This document shows, piece after piece, positions 32,964 through 43,213 of a stretch of DNA of 64,000 nucleotides (the stretch's first letter is position 1; each line of letters opens with the position of its first letter). Under the pieces are notes generated by a model. The model ran no database searches and had not been told where the DNA came from. It saw only the letters and a list, made by a program, of their open reading frames with translations. Position numbers and translations under genes: made by a program. The stretch comes from a virus. The stretch spans positions 1 through 64,000 of the IMG/VR virus record IMGVR_UViG_3300027733_000034, one strand, 5' to 3'.

Positions 32964-33458
32964 TTAATCTACATCAATGATAATGTCTGAACTTGTGGGT
33001 TTGGTGATAGGAATGTATATCTTAAGTAAACCATCTTTAAATTTACTTCGGATGTGTTCCGTCTCTACTTCTTTAGCAATGCTAAACTCTAAAGTAGCGT
33101 TGCGATAACTGATTCCGGTGCGCAGATAGGTAACAAGATGATCTTCTGGTGGAATCTCATCTTGAGGATCTATTTTAATCACTAGTTTATTTTCTTTGAC
33201 CTGGATTTTAATATCTTCCTTAGTCAAACCTGCGAGGGCCACATGAACTTCATATTCGAAAGGAATATTGTCCTCTTTGGTTTTGTGAAGCAGGATGTCA
33301 TACGGATAGTGAACTCCCGGTGATTCAAAGGCCTTGTCCATGTCTTTGAAGAATGAATTAAACCAATTGTCGTTAAACAGTGCTGGTAATTGGTTGGGAC
33401 CATACACTGTGCCAATAAATGGCTTAGTATTATTTGTGGTAATAATTTTTGTTGTCAT
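32964..33458 (-). CDS. small heat shock protein (Hsp20/alpha-crystallin)
   Basis: YPYDI, VALAGL.KEDI.I, GISYR, F.DGLLKI.IP. Confidence 0.9.
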   Translation of the reverse strand: MTTKIITTNNTKPFIGTVYGPNQLPALFNDNWFNSFFKDMDKAFESPGVHYPYDILLHKTKEDNIPFEYEVHVALAGLTKEDIKIQVKENKLVIKIDPQDEIPPEDHLVTYLRTGISYRNATLEFSIAKEVETEHIRSKFKDGLLKIYIPITKPTSSDIIIDVD

Positions 33459-33464
33459 ATTAGT

Positions 33465-33483
33465 ACTCCTCTTTCGAGCAAGT
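33465..33483 (-). promoter_or_regulatory. SD-occluding hairpin (candidate RNA thermometer)
   Basis: ACTTGCTC-GAAA-GAGGAGT pairs over the GAGGAG SD. Confidence 0.5.
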
Positions 33484-33526
33484 GTTGTTTTAATTCTAGT
33501 CTCTTGAGCTCCAGAACTAATAATAA

Positions 33527-33730
33527 TTATCCTAGCAAGGTCAAAGAATTTAACAATTCTGCTAAAGCTACTTTAGATTCTTTTACAGTGATAGTATCAT
33601 CCGGATCTAAAGCTGGCCAAAAATCTTCAACTATTACATCCGGAAAATCTTCTAACGAAAGACTGGTTTGCTTTAAACATTCTTTTTCGGCTATACGTTT
33701 AAACTCCTGTAAGGAAATACAGACACTCAT
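33527..33730 (-). CDS. hypothetical protein
   Basis: 67-aa ORF. Confidence 0.6.
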   Translation of the reverse strand: MSVCISLQEFKRIAEKECLKQTSLSLEDFPDVIVEDFWPALDPDDTITVKESKVALAELLNSLTLLG

Positions 33731-33740
33731 ACAATTTATT

Positions 33741-34562
33741 TTAATTGGTTTTTTGTTTTTTAGGGAAAAGAGCTTTGAGGGTGGTTTCTAAATCAGAATC
33801 TCGGTACAGAAGAGCCTTATCAACTCCGGTCCATAATTCCTGATTGAACTTCAAATCATCCTGAACCCTAGTAATACCGGATCCGATACGATTACCTCCC
33901 TGGGTTAGATTCTCTTGAATTACATTAAAGGTGGTCCATAAATCTGTACCCGCATCTGCTTCTCGGCGTGGTGCTAGGATAGTAGAGGCATCTACTTTCT
34001 TGGGCTGGGACATCCGATAACGAAAACGAATGTAATAAGCATACCGAGCTAGATAGGTTCGTTCTTCTTCTGTTAACTGTCTTTCCTTCAACAGCTGGGT
34101 TTGATTTACAATAGTGTCATATTGACCAAAAGCTTTTTCCAAGACGGTGTTGATATCTTCTGTGATACTCTTACCACTAGAAAGACGGTGAAGAGTGGGT
34201 TGAACTGAGGTCATCATTCCAGTAGGAGCAACTAATCCATTAGAACAAATTAATCGGAAGAATCCAAGAACCGTAGAAAATCTCTTGGTTAGATTGTGGC
34301 TATTGACGATGTTTACCTGTGGAAATCCCTCAACTACAGATTTTTCTATTTGGCTTTTATGAACCAAGGCGATATTATGCATACCGTGTCTTGATCCAGT
34401 TCCTTTTACAGAACGGATTAACCAATCATTATCTAGAGCTGAATTCAAGATATTGAGGGTCGATATGAAGTTGTACTGTTTTGATGCTTTGGCTGCTGGT
34501 TCAGTTGCGGCAATGGAAGGACAACGTTCAATGGCTTGATTTAGTGTTAGTGTTTCAATCAT
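33741..34562 (-). CDS. DUF932/DUF945-family protein
   Basis: S..Y.FIST, NSH, GFFRLICSNGLV, LWTTFNVIQENLT.G. Confidence 0.85.
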   Translation of the reverse strand: MIETLTLNQAIERCPSIAATEPAAKASKQYNFISTLNILNSALDNDWLIRSVKGTGSRHGMHNIALVHKSQIEKSVVEGFPQVNIVNSHNLTKRFSTVLGFFRLICSNGLVAPTGMMTSVQPTLHRLSSGKSITEDINTVLEKAFGQYDTIVNQTQLLKERQLTEEERTYLARYAYYIRFRYRMSQPKKVDASTILAPRREADAGTDLWTTFNVIQENLTQGGNRIGSGITRVQDDLKFNQELWTGVDKALLYRDSDLETTLKALFPKKQKTN

Positions 34563-34568
34563 GTTTAA

Positions 34569-34597
34569 ATCTTAACATGACATAAGGGGAAACTCAA
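34569..34597 (-). promoter_or_regulatory. sigma70-like promoter, leaderless
   Basis: TTGAGT-N17-TAAGAT-N6-ATG(34562). Confidence 0.65.
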
Positions 34598-34604
34598 CTA
34601 GAAT

Positions 34605-34805
34605 CTAAGAGGGTGAGCCAAAAAAGACAGTCACTACCGCTTTAGAATCTGAACGGTGGTCTATACGATGGTCAATGTAACGCAATCCTCTGGCACCAAT
34701 GTCCTCTCTGATTCTGTGAAGTTGATTGGTTAATGATGTTTCTCTTTCAGCAAAGGTTGCATTGTCTGGAAGTTTGATGGATACCCGTACTTGTTCTGTT
34801 GTCAT
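34605..34805 (-). CDS. hypothetical protein
   Basis: 66-aa ORF. Confidence 0.55.
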   Translation of the reverse strand: MTTEQVRVSIKLPDNATFAERETSLTNQLHRIREDIGARGLRYIDHRIDHRSDSKAVVTVFFGSPS

Positions 34806-34817
34806 TACATTAAATAA

Positions 34818-35582
34818 TTATCCCCCAAAGCCAAAAGGACACCCTTTGGATTCTTTTTTATTGACATTGCCATAGGATTTTGGTTGTCTGAAGTGTCTTT
34901 GATATCTTTCAAAAAATTCTGATTGAGCTTTATTCCATATTTTTTTTAATGTAAATTCTTTATCCCAAGAATAAGAGGCTTTGAAATTTTCTCTCTTAAT
35001 AGGAATAGCTTGTATCATTGGGGTTTGCTTTGGAATCAAACCATTAAATCCTTTTTTCAAGAAAAATGGAAAATGTACAAATGCTGGAAATTTATCGGTA
35101 TCCACCAATCCAGATAGGCATCGAAACGGTAACTCCTCGTGATGTTGAGGATGTATAAATAGAGTAGACCATCCTGGAGGGGTTTTAATAATCCAGGGAT
35201 TTAAAAATTTAAAAGCGGTGGGATAGTAACCAAAAGGTACGGGATAAGAAGAATGTTGTTCAGTTTTCTGGACAGTTACTACAGATCCATATTCCCAAGA
35301 CCATTTAAAAGACAAATTTAATTCTCCAGCATTTTCCATCCATAGATCACAATAAAGAGGTATGTGATAACCAGCTCCCAAAGCATCAATTACTGGAAGA
35401 CATTTTTTAATGGTACTATTAGGATCCCCATACTGATCTACATCTGGAACATCGTGAATATATCTAGAGGTTTTAGCAAACCATTCTGGAGTCCGGAGTT
35501 TGGCTGGATAGGGTTTTTCTAGAATATCTGTCATAAATTCATTAGCAGCTATAAATTCAATCTCTACTTTTTTGAAAAACAT
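34818..35582 (-). CDS. DUF6065-like protein
   Basis: PEWF, TIKKC.PV.DA..GY.IP, KF.NPW.IKTPPGWS.LF, G.VDTD, TP.IQ.IP. Confidence 0.65.
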   Translation of the reverse strand: MFFKKVEIEFIAANEFMTDILEKPYPAKLRTPEWFAKTSRYIHDVPDVDQYGDPNSTIKKCLPVIDALGAGYHIPLYCDLWMENAGELNLSFKWSWEYGSVVTVQKTEQHSSYPVPFGYYPTAFKFLNPWIIKTPPGWSTLFIHPQHHEELPFRCLSGLVDTDKFPAFVHFPFFLKKGFNGLIPKQTPMIQAIPIKRENFKASYSWDKEFTLKKIWNKAQSEFFERYQRHFRQPKSYGNVNKKESKGCPFGFGG

Positions 35583-35635
35583 ATAAGTATCTTATATAAT
35601 CCCTTGTTTAAGGCATTTTTCAACTAAATTTAAAT

Positions 35636-35884
35636 ATGGCAGATTACATTGTTTATGTCTCAAGTTACCAAATGGGTGATCGAATAATAAGGGGAAATTT
35701 TCCAGTAACTTTATTAGATCAATTAGCCTGTCCTCAACCAGTGGATTTAACTGAATTACAATTAAAAAGGCATATATTGTCTGAAGAGCCAGATGTTGCT
35801 GTAACAAAAATACAAACTTATATTACTTCTTTATCCGGTGAAACCCTAACCACTATTAAATCAGATAATATTTCTAATATTTAA
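35636..35884 (+). CDS. hypothetical protein
   Basis: 82 aa, upstream of tail-type genes. Confidence 0.55.
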   Translation: MADYIVYVSSYQMGDRIIRGNFPVTLLDQLACPQPVDLTELQLKRHILSEEPDVAVTKIQTYITSLSGETLTTIKSDNISNI

Positions 35885-35900
35885 CCATAAATAATAATAT

Positions 35901-37493
35901 ATGTCTAAAACCTTTCAACAGTTCAGTACGGCAAACGCTACAGATAATCCTCTGAAGTCTACCGATTATTTGGTGGGTTATAGATCTGTTCCAGATAGTG
36001 GAGACCCCTACGAAATACAAGTCACAACTGCGGATCTGATGTCTCAAGCTGATAGGTTAATGCCTCTTAAAAATATAAGTGTTGATAAGATTTCTTATAA
36101 AGCTGATGGTGATAGTACTATCAGCAATTCTTTGGATAATAAGCTTAATGATATCAGAACCACGGCAGATTTTACTTCACCAGCTGCGGCTTGTAGATCT
36201 TGTAAAACTCAACGGCTTTTCATAAAAGGTAATTCAGGAACAATTAATCTTTATATTCCCGAAGACTTTTCAACTATTCAAGATGCTTTAATAGGAATGG
36301 CGGATTGGTATATTGAAAATGGAGCTTCTATAAATTTAAATGTAACTCAAAATTTTACATTTAGTGGTCCTATAGTTCTTAATCATCCTTATGGCAAAAA
36401 TATAAATATCATAGGAGCACCAACCGGTGGAGGAAGAATTACAATAAGTCCTCCAAATATTTCTTCTATTGAATATGATTTATTTTCTTGTTATGATGGA
36501 TATCAATTTGGTTTGATAGAAAATTTTTATATTCAGGGGGGGATTTTAACTCAATCTTATCAACGAACAGCTTTGAGACTTTATGGAGGTAGTTCTATAA
36601 TTTTAGGGACTAATAATATAATAGAGCAATGGTATTATGGAATATATTCAAGTAATGGATCTATAGTTAGACGCAAAACCACCCCAAATAATGCTTCTAC
36701 AATAGTTAGAGGTTGTTACGGGGTTGGTATATATGCTAGCTACGGAGGAATTATAGATATGCCTTATGCCGTGGCAATAGGTGGTGAAAATTGTGTGAAG
36801 GCAGATTACGGTGGTCAAATAAATTGTTCTTACGGCACTTTATCTGCAGCAACCTATAATGGTGCTGCAGCTTTTACTAATGCTCAAATTAAAGCTTCTG
36901 CCAGTACTTCTAGATCTAATGGAGGGTCTGGTTTTTATAGCAAAGATGGTGGAATTATAGAATGTTATGATATAATCCCTACGCTAACTGTCTCTGATTT
37001 GAATAATAGATACGGGTATGAAATGTTAAATGGTGGGGTTGTTTATGGTGGTCCAAATGTTGGCGGCTCTTCTAATGTTTTGGGAAAAATTAATACCTTT
37101 GTATCTACATTCTTTGCAACAGATATCGGAGCTACTGTGAATGCTAATAAAGGTTCTTTAACGGTAAGCACTTCTGATAATAGCTCTATTTATTTTAAAA
37201 CCAATACAACCAAAACCCAATTACAAATTGTAGACAATGCCTCTAATTCTTATCTTACTATTACAGGAGGTATAAGTTCTGGAGGATCTGCTGGTCCAGT
37301 GGTTGTTTCTGTATTAGGAGCTGATTCTGATTTACAAATCATACCCAAAGGAACTTCTAAATATATTCAATTAGGTAACAATGTTCAATACGGAGTCTTT
37401 ACATCTAGCCCAGACATTTCAGCCAACGGATATATTACCATAAAAGACTCTAGTGGTAAATCTACCAAAGTATTGGCTTATCAAGCTCCTTAA
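35901..37493 (+). CDS. tail fibre/spike-like protein with a right-handed beta-helix
   Basis: P.DFSTIQDA, repeated GIYA..GG.I beta-helix turns; CATAAATA box. Confidence 0.7.
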   Translation: MSKTFQQFSTANATDNPLKSTDYLVGYRSVPDSGDPYEIQVTTADLMSQADRLMPLKNISVDKISYKADGDSTISNSLDNKLNDIRTTADFTSPAAACRSCKTQRLFIKGNSGTINLYIPEDFSTIQDALIGMADWYIENGASINLNVTQNFTFSGPIVLNHPYGKNINIIGAPTGGGRITISPPNISSIEYDLFSCYDGYQFGLIENFYIQGGILTQSYQRTALRLYGGSSIILGTNNIIEQWYYGIYSSNGSIVRRKTTPNNASTIVRGCYGVGIYASYGGIIDMPYAVAIGGENCVKADYGGQINCSYGTLSAATYNGAAAFTNAQIKASASTSRSNGGSGFYSKDGGIIECYDIIPTLTVSDLNNRYGYEMLNGGVVYGGPNVGGSSNVLGKINTFVSTFFATDIGATVNANKGSLTVSTSDNSSIYFKTNTTKTQLQIVDNASNSYLTITGGISSGGSAGPVVVSVLGADSDLQIIPKGTSKYIQLGNNVQYGVFTSSPDISANGYITIKDSSGKSTKVLAYQAP

Positions 37494-37502
37494 TATTGTT
37501 GT

Positions 37503-40500
37503 ATGTCTTCTGTTCCACTAAATACTCAAACTCCATTGACTTATACTCAATGGATTAATTATCAAAATGCAACAATTCATGAAACAAATGAATTTTTGTA
37601 TGTTGAATATCTACAAACTTGGTACAAATCTCAAAAAAATACCAGAACAGAAAATCAAAAAACACTCAAAGAACAGTATGTACAATTACTCAAAGATTTA
37701 AATTTTTTGTTCAAGGAGACTACTTCAGATCCTTTTCTGAAAGATATAAATTATGATAATGAAGAAGAATTAATATTAGCAATTCCATTTTTTGCTAAAA
37801 AACTTAAAGAAATTGCTAATGTTTTAACCAACAAACGAGAAACGGTCAAAAGAGCTAAATCTAGATACAATTCTATTGGCTCCACAGAAGGCTTACAGTC
37901 TCTTTTATATGAATACATATTAAAAAGTTTTACTCAAAATCAAGGACACATTAGTCAAATTCCAGTATTGGCTGTACAAGCTAAATTTCCAGAATTAAGT
38001 GCTATTAAAAATGATTTTTTTGTAGAAATAGAAGAGTTGCATGAACCTCATTCTTATCATGATAAAAATAATTTACCTAGTTTAGATTCTTTATTGAAAG
38101 GAGAAGAATATCTAGATGATTATTTTCCGTTGATGAATGTTACGGATGAAATGGTCTATAATATTATTTCTAGCAAGATATTGCCTCGCGTGTCAGAAAC
38201 CACTTTATCTACTTTATTTAAAGATTATTTGACCAATGTTTTGCAATCTAATAATAGCAGTGATTTAACCTATCAAATTAATGCTGAAATAGCTGCAACA
38301 GAAAAATATTTGGGAGAAAAGGTTTATGGATTGACTGCTGTTAAAGTAGAAGATTATACTCAACCAGATTATATTTTAAATAATACTTTTACTGTCGGTA
38401 GTAATTGGTTTTTATGGCCCACTGGATATCAAACTTTGACTGAGAAGGTTTATAATAACTCTTATGTTCCGTTAAACATTCAACAATCCAATTTATTAGC
38501 TAGTGGAGCGACTGCTGGAACAGATTTGACTAATTCTGATATTATATTTACGGATAAAAATGGAGTGGTAGAAGGTGCTTGGTTACAAGGACCGTATACA
38601 GAACCAAGAAACGGTATAACAGATTTAACTATTAAATCTGGAGAAATAACTGAATTTTTATATCCTTATGTTGGATTTGAGTTGTCCCCTAAAAGTTTAA
38701 CATTTAAAACTCATTCTTTAACTGGAAGGGATGTTAAATTGTTTAAGACTTTAACCATATCTCAACAGTTAACTACTTTATCAGATTATTATACACAAAC
38801 CTTTCCATCAACTGCAAGTAGATCAATTTATCTAAATCAAACCAATCTTATTTCCCAAGGAGCCTATGCTAATGCATTTTCTGATGCAGCAGACAGCATA
38901 ACCCGCAATCCTCATTCTTACACTCTGCCCAATGTTTATAATGGAGAAATAGAAAAGGCATATCTTTATAAATTTGATCGCACCGATTTGCCTATAGTAA
39001 CTGGAAATCAAAATATTTTATGGCCAGTCACCACTTATAGTGCTGGCATAAATTTGCCGATTACATTAAATGAAGAAACTAGTTTGCCGGTAAGATTAAT
39101 AGACACCAATGCAACCTATGATTTTGATGGAGCTGTTGCTGGTTTGACTATAGATCAAGCTGATATTATTTATAAATTAGATTCTAATGGTGATTTTACT
39201 AAAGCCATAGAAGGCGCTTGGCTTCAATCTGCTTCTATAAATACTCTGATAAGAGAAAATATAAATATATACGGACCTTTATCTGCAGTGAATTGTGCCC
39301 ACTATATAGAAGGCCCTATTCAAGGGGCTTTATCTTTTAATTCTGCAGGTGGCACGCGAACCTCTTTTGTTTGGTGTGGTCCAGATACCCGAGCGGATTA
39401 TGTATTCAAATTTACAGAACATGCCTCGGGGTGTCCTTATGTCAAAACCTATCCACATGATTATTATGAAGACCAGGATTATATAAATCCAGATCCTCTT
39501 TATGATAAAAATCATTGGAATAAATGTACTTGTAAGGCAGTTTATTATTCTCCATTAGGTCATGCCGGACAAAATTTTGAAGACTATAATTCTTTAACAG
39601 ATTACGTGTATGCTGATCCGTTTAATTTAGGAGACAATTTTACATTAACCGGTTGGAGAGATACACATGGATTAGATTATAGAGAAAGTCCTCAATTTGC
39701 ATTCTTTCAATTATCTCCAAATAATAAAGGAGATAATGTGGTTGGGTTCGGAGAAGGAAATTGGAAAACTTCTGATAAAAAATTATCTAGTGTTGGAGAC
39801 CGTTTAATTCTTAAAACTGGAAGAAAATATGTTTACTGCAGATCCAACCTCAGAATAGGAGCTTCTCGAAATATACAAATTCCTTCTTTTGTATCAAAGT
39901 TTCCATATAGTACTTTAAAAAGTTCAGTGCCAGATGATAGCAATTATTATGATATAGTAATAGCTTGGGACATAAGTCGTTCCCAAACTTATAATTTTGA
40001 AAAAATAAAAAAAGCAGTTGCTGAATTAGTTAAAGAAGCCACTTTAACCAAATCTCGTAAAACTCAAATTTCTGTTGTTACTTTTGGAACAAAGGCTTCT
40101 TTTGTAAGTTATTTGACCACCGATTCTTATTCTCTTTCTTTAATGGTGGATGGAGTAAAACAATTTGATTTTCAAAAAGATTATACCACCAACATAAGTG
40201 GAGCTTTACAGTTATCTCGAATATTATTAACCGAACCGTTTCCTTCTTCTAATAATTCCTTAGGAACTATTGCTGGGGTGTGTAACAATCTAAATACTAC
40301 TATAGTTAATTATTTAGGATTGCTCAAAACAGTTAACAGTCCAAATCCAAAAGCTAATAAGAAAATAGTTTTAATTAGTGATGGTATTGAAACAGCTCCT
40401 ACAGTAAATACTTTGGCTTTGGCAGATTCTATCAAGAAAGCTGGTATAGAAATAATGACCGTTAGTCTTGGCGAATTATCTATTACGGGTTCAAAAATGG

Positions 40501-42296
40501 ATCAGATAGCTTCTAACAAATCAAATCATTTCAATCTCCATAAATATTTGGTTTCTGGAGATGGGGATTATGATTCTTTTGTTTCTTATGTATCTCATCG
40601 AGTAAATGGAGTAGTTCCATCAAGACCAACTTGGAAAAAAGCCATCAAAAATAGTACTGGGAATTGGATCGGTACAGAAATACCGTCAGATATGGTTTTG
40701 CGTCCCAATGATATTATAATATATCAACATCGCAGCACTATTGCGTATAATGATTTATATGATTTATCTACATTTGTTCAAGTTACTTCGCCATTTACCA
40801 TAAATGTAAAATTAGATGGTTGGAACTATACTACCAATTCTTTTTCTGTAACTAGTGTAGGTCCGGAAATGGGTGGCAAGCCTTTTTGGGCCATTGTTCC
40901 TACTGACACGGTTTCCATGGGTGGTGTGGTGCGTTTTATAAATGAATATGTACCTATACATCAGCCGGACATTTCTGGTATGGTTATTCATCATGCAGAC
41001 TATTTAACCTATACTAGGTCGCCGGTGCCAGTTAATGATTTAAGATGGATACAGCCTTTAAAAATGGATGAAAGTTTTGAAGGTAATACTTGGAATGAAA
41101 TAGTATTTGATAAAACTTTTTCTAATTTAAGAGATTTTCTTAAAACCAATATATATGATGTAATGGTAGATAATACTAAAATTCTTAGTAATTTATTGTT
41201 AGAAAGTTTTTCTCAATATAAACCAGCAAGATATCATTATATTGCTAGAAATGCTTTAACCTATTCTGAAAAATTGTATTTAAGAAACAAATGTAGCAAC
41301 AGTTACACCTCTCTTGTTTCTGGATTGGTTATGGAACCATTAAATCCTCATCAAAATTTAACCAATCGATATTACCCAACTATAGCTAATGTTTCTTTTC
41401 CTTCTTTAGCAGTTACAGAAAAACAAACAGGTGGATATTTATTGCCGGAATTTTTAGGAGTTTCTAGTTATAGGGGTAGGGGATTTGAATATGAAATAGA
41501 TACAAATGTTTTAAGTAAAATAGATGCTTTGAGTGCTGAGCGATTATTTTTAGATACTCAAAAATATGGTTCTAGAAACAGAGGTTTAACAGAAGAAGAT
41601 CAACTATCTCCAATTACTCTCAAACATACAGATAACAGTTGGATAATGGAACCATACAGCTCTGGTGGTAAGGCTGGTGTATTAATTAATACAAAAGAAA
41701 ATCAAAAATTTACACCTTATCAAACCTCTTATGAAACCCTAGGATATAATAAACACGGACTGTCCCGTCAGGATGATGATTTTGAATTTTGGAATTATGA
41801 CCAACCAGAACCTAGATGGGATCAGCAAAATGTAGACACTAGTTATCGTAATGAAATTAATGACGGAGTTTATCAGAAGCGAGTGGGCGCTCTATTAACC
41901 AATAGAGGGGCCTTGGTACAATGGCGTACGGATATTTTTGGATATGATTACGGTCTTTATAAACACACCGAATCTCTTAATTATGAAGATATGGTGTATG
42001 TTCACAAAGACCCACCTGGAATCACTAGTTTTACTTCAAATATAAGCTCTAGTTTACTTGATCTGTTAACCGATACTTTACTAACATTTAGTGTAACTGT
42101 TAGTGGATATGCTCCATATTCTTATCAGTGGTATAAAGATGATGTGGTTATTCCAAAAGGAACATTGCCTACCTTTACCATATATAAAACCTCTATCCCA
42201 GATACTGGGTATTATTATTGTAAGATATCCAATATAGCTGGATATACCGTAACTCCTACTAAAACTATTATTGTAAGAAGCAAGAGAGGATTTTAA
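37503..42296 (+). CDS. large structural protein with a vWA (MIDAS) domain and C-terminal Ig-like domain
   Basis: DIVIAWDISRSQ (DxSxS), TNISGAL, IVLISDG; YQWYKD...DTGYYYC.ISN. Confidence 0.8.
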   Translation: MSSVPLNTQTPLTYTQWINYQNATIHETNEFLYVEYLQTWYKSQKNTRTENQKTLKEQYVQLLKDLNFLFKETTSDPFLKDINYDNEEELILAIPFFAKKLKEIANVLTNKRETVKRAKSRYNSIGSTEGLQSLLYEYILKSFTQNQGHISQIPVLAVQAKFPELSAIKNDFFVEIEELHEPHSYHDKNNLPSLDSLLKGEEYLDDYFPLMNVTDEMVYNIISSKILPRVSETTLSTLFKDYLTNVLQSNNSSDLTYQINAEIAATEKYLGEKVYGLTAVKVEDYTQPDYILNNTFTVGSNWFLWPTGYQTLTEKVYNNSYVPLNIQQSNLLASGATAGTDLTNSDIIFTDKNGVVEGAWLQGPYTEPRNGITDLTIKSGEITEFLYPYVGFELSPKSLTFKTHSLTGRDVKLFKTLTISQQLTTLSDYYTQTFPSTASRSIYLNQTNLISQGAYANAFSDAADSITRNPHSYTLPNVYNGEIEKAYLYKFDRTDLPIVTGNQNILWPVTTYSAGINLPITLNEETSLPVRLIDTNATYDFDGAVAGLTIDQADIIYKLDSNGDFTKAIEGAWLQSASINTLIRENINIYGPLSAVNCAHYIEGPIQGALSFNSAGGTRTSFVWCGPDTRADYVFKFTEHASGCPYVKTYPHDYYEDQDYINPDPLYDKNHWNKCTCKAVYYSPLGHAGQNFEDYNSLTDYVYADPFNLGDNFTLTGWRDTHGLDYRESPQFAFFQLSPNNKGDNVVGFGEGNWKTSDKKLSSVGDRLILKTGRKYVYCRSNLRIGASRNIQIPSFVSKFPYSTLKSSVPDDSNYYDIVIAWDISRSQTYNFEKIKKAVAELVKEATLTKSRKTQISVVTFGTKASFVSYLTTDSYSLSLMVDGVKQFDFQKDYTTNISGALQLSRILLTEPFPSSNNSLGTIAGVCNNLNTTIVNYLGLLKTVNSPNPKANKKIVLISDGIETAPTVNTLALADSIKKAGIEIMTVSLGELSITGSKMDQIASNKSNHFNLHKYLVSGDGDYDSFVSYVSHRVNGVVPSRPTWKKAIKNSTGNWIGTEIPSDMVLRPNDIIIYQHRSTIAYNDLYDLSTFVQVTSPFTINVKLDGWNYTTNSFSVTSVGPEMGGKPFWAIVPTDTVSMGGVVRFINEYVPIHQPDISGMVIHHADYLTYTRSPVPVNDLRWIQPLKMDESFEGNTWNEIVFDKTFSNLRDFLKTNIYDVMVDNTKILSNLLLESFSQYKPARYHYIARNALTYSEKLYLRNKCSNSYTSLVSGLVMEPLNPHQNLTNRYYPTIANVSFPSLAVTEKQTGGYLLPEFLGVSSYRGRGFEYEIDTNVLSKIDALSAERLFLDTQKYGSRNRGLTEEDQLSPITLKHTDNSWIMEPYSSGGKAGVLINTKENQKFTPYQTSYETLGYNKHGLSRQDDDFEFWNYDQPEPRWDQQNVDTSYRNEINDGVYQKRVGALLTNRGALVQWRTDIFGYDYGLYKHTESLNYEDMVYVHKDPPGITSFTSNISSSLLDLLTDTLLTFSVTVSGYAPYSYQWYKDDVVIPKGTLPTFTIYKTSIPDTGYYYCKISNIAGYTVTPTKTIIVRSKRGF

Positions 42297-42764
42297 TTAT
42301 TTGCCAAAAGAAACCATATCTAACAAGTAATTAGATTTATTGATTCTAGACAAAATGTCTTCTTTGGTGTTATTTAAACCAGAAGAGACATTGATGATAT
42401 ATGTAGAAAATTCTTGAGAATTGAGAATAGAAACTAGAGTAGTAACTGTCTGGTAATAATTTTTCATTAAAGAATCCGTATTCTTGTAATTATCAATTTC
42501 TAAATTAATTTTTTCAGGGTCAAAACTTGGAAAAAGTTGCGTATCATTTTTACTAGTGCCTATAATTTCTTCTTGGAGTTTATCAAAAAGACCATCCAAG
42601 TCTTCGTATAAATCCCCCAAGATCTCATGTACGTTAAAGTTGGTGGAATACCAATGAACCATATGAATAGAAGTGAGTACTCTGGATAGTAGTAAACCAA
42701 AAAATCTAGAAGAATCTAGATTGTCTGTTTCTTGCATTTTAATAATTGTGATGTTTGCGTTCAT
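42297..42764 (-). CDS. ferritin/Dps-like four-helix protein (DUF5856-like)
   Basis: HMVHW....HE.LG.LY..L...D...E..IG ... L.N..ED.L...N...YLL. Confidence 0.7.
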   Translation of the reverse strand: MNANITIIKMQETDNLDSSRFFGLLLSRVLTSIHMVHWYSTNFNVHEILGDLYEDLDGLFDKLQEEIIGTSKNDTQLFPSFDPEKINLEIDNYKNTDSLMKNYYQTVTTLVSILNSQEFSTYIINVSSGLNNTKEDILSRINKSNYLLDMVSFGK

Positions 42765-43213
42765 GAATTTCTAAGTTTAAAGACTTGATTTCTGATGATG
42801 ATGTTATCTATTTTATCATCATTAGAGGTTAGTAAAAAATAATTTTCTGGTACATCAATTGGGCTGGCGGCTGTAGTTCGAGCCATTGTATCTAATTGAG
42901 AGGTTGAATCTATATATCCATATATCAATTGATTGCCTTGTTTAACATTGGTTATATAACCACAAGCTTCTAATTCTGTTACCAAACTAGCAATCATAGA
43001 CTCTTCATTTTTAAAATAAAATTTCCATACTTTAAATGGAAATAGTATATTCAAAGCTTCTGCTCGTTTACTGCAAGTTGTACACGGAGCGTCTTTGCCT
43101 GTAATAAGTTTAGTTAACCAACCTAAGAAATTAGAATGTAAAATAGAAGCAATAACATCACCGAGACCATTACTATATTTTAACTGTAACCGAGGATCTT
43201 TAGTTGGATTCAT
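42761..43213 (-). CDS. hypothetical protein with CxxCxxR motif
   Basis: GLGDVIA...CTTCSKRAEALN; start moved to MNPTKD. Confidence 0.65.
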   Translation of the reverse strand: MNPTKDPRLQLKYSNGLGDVIASILHSNFLGWLTKLITGKDAPCTTCSKRAEALNILFPFKVWKFYFKNEESMIASLVTELEACGYITNVKQGNQLIYGYIDSTSQLDTMARTTAASPIDVPENYFLLTSNDDKIDNIIIRNQVFKLRNS

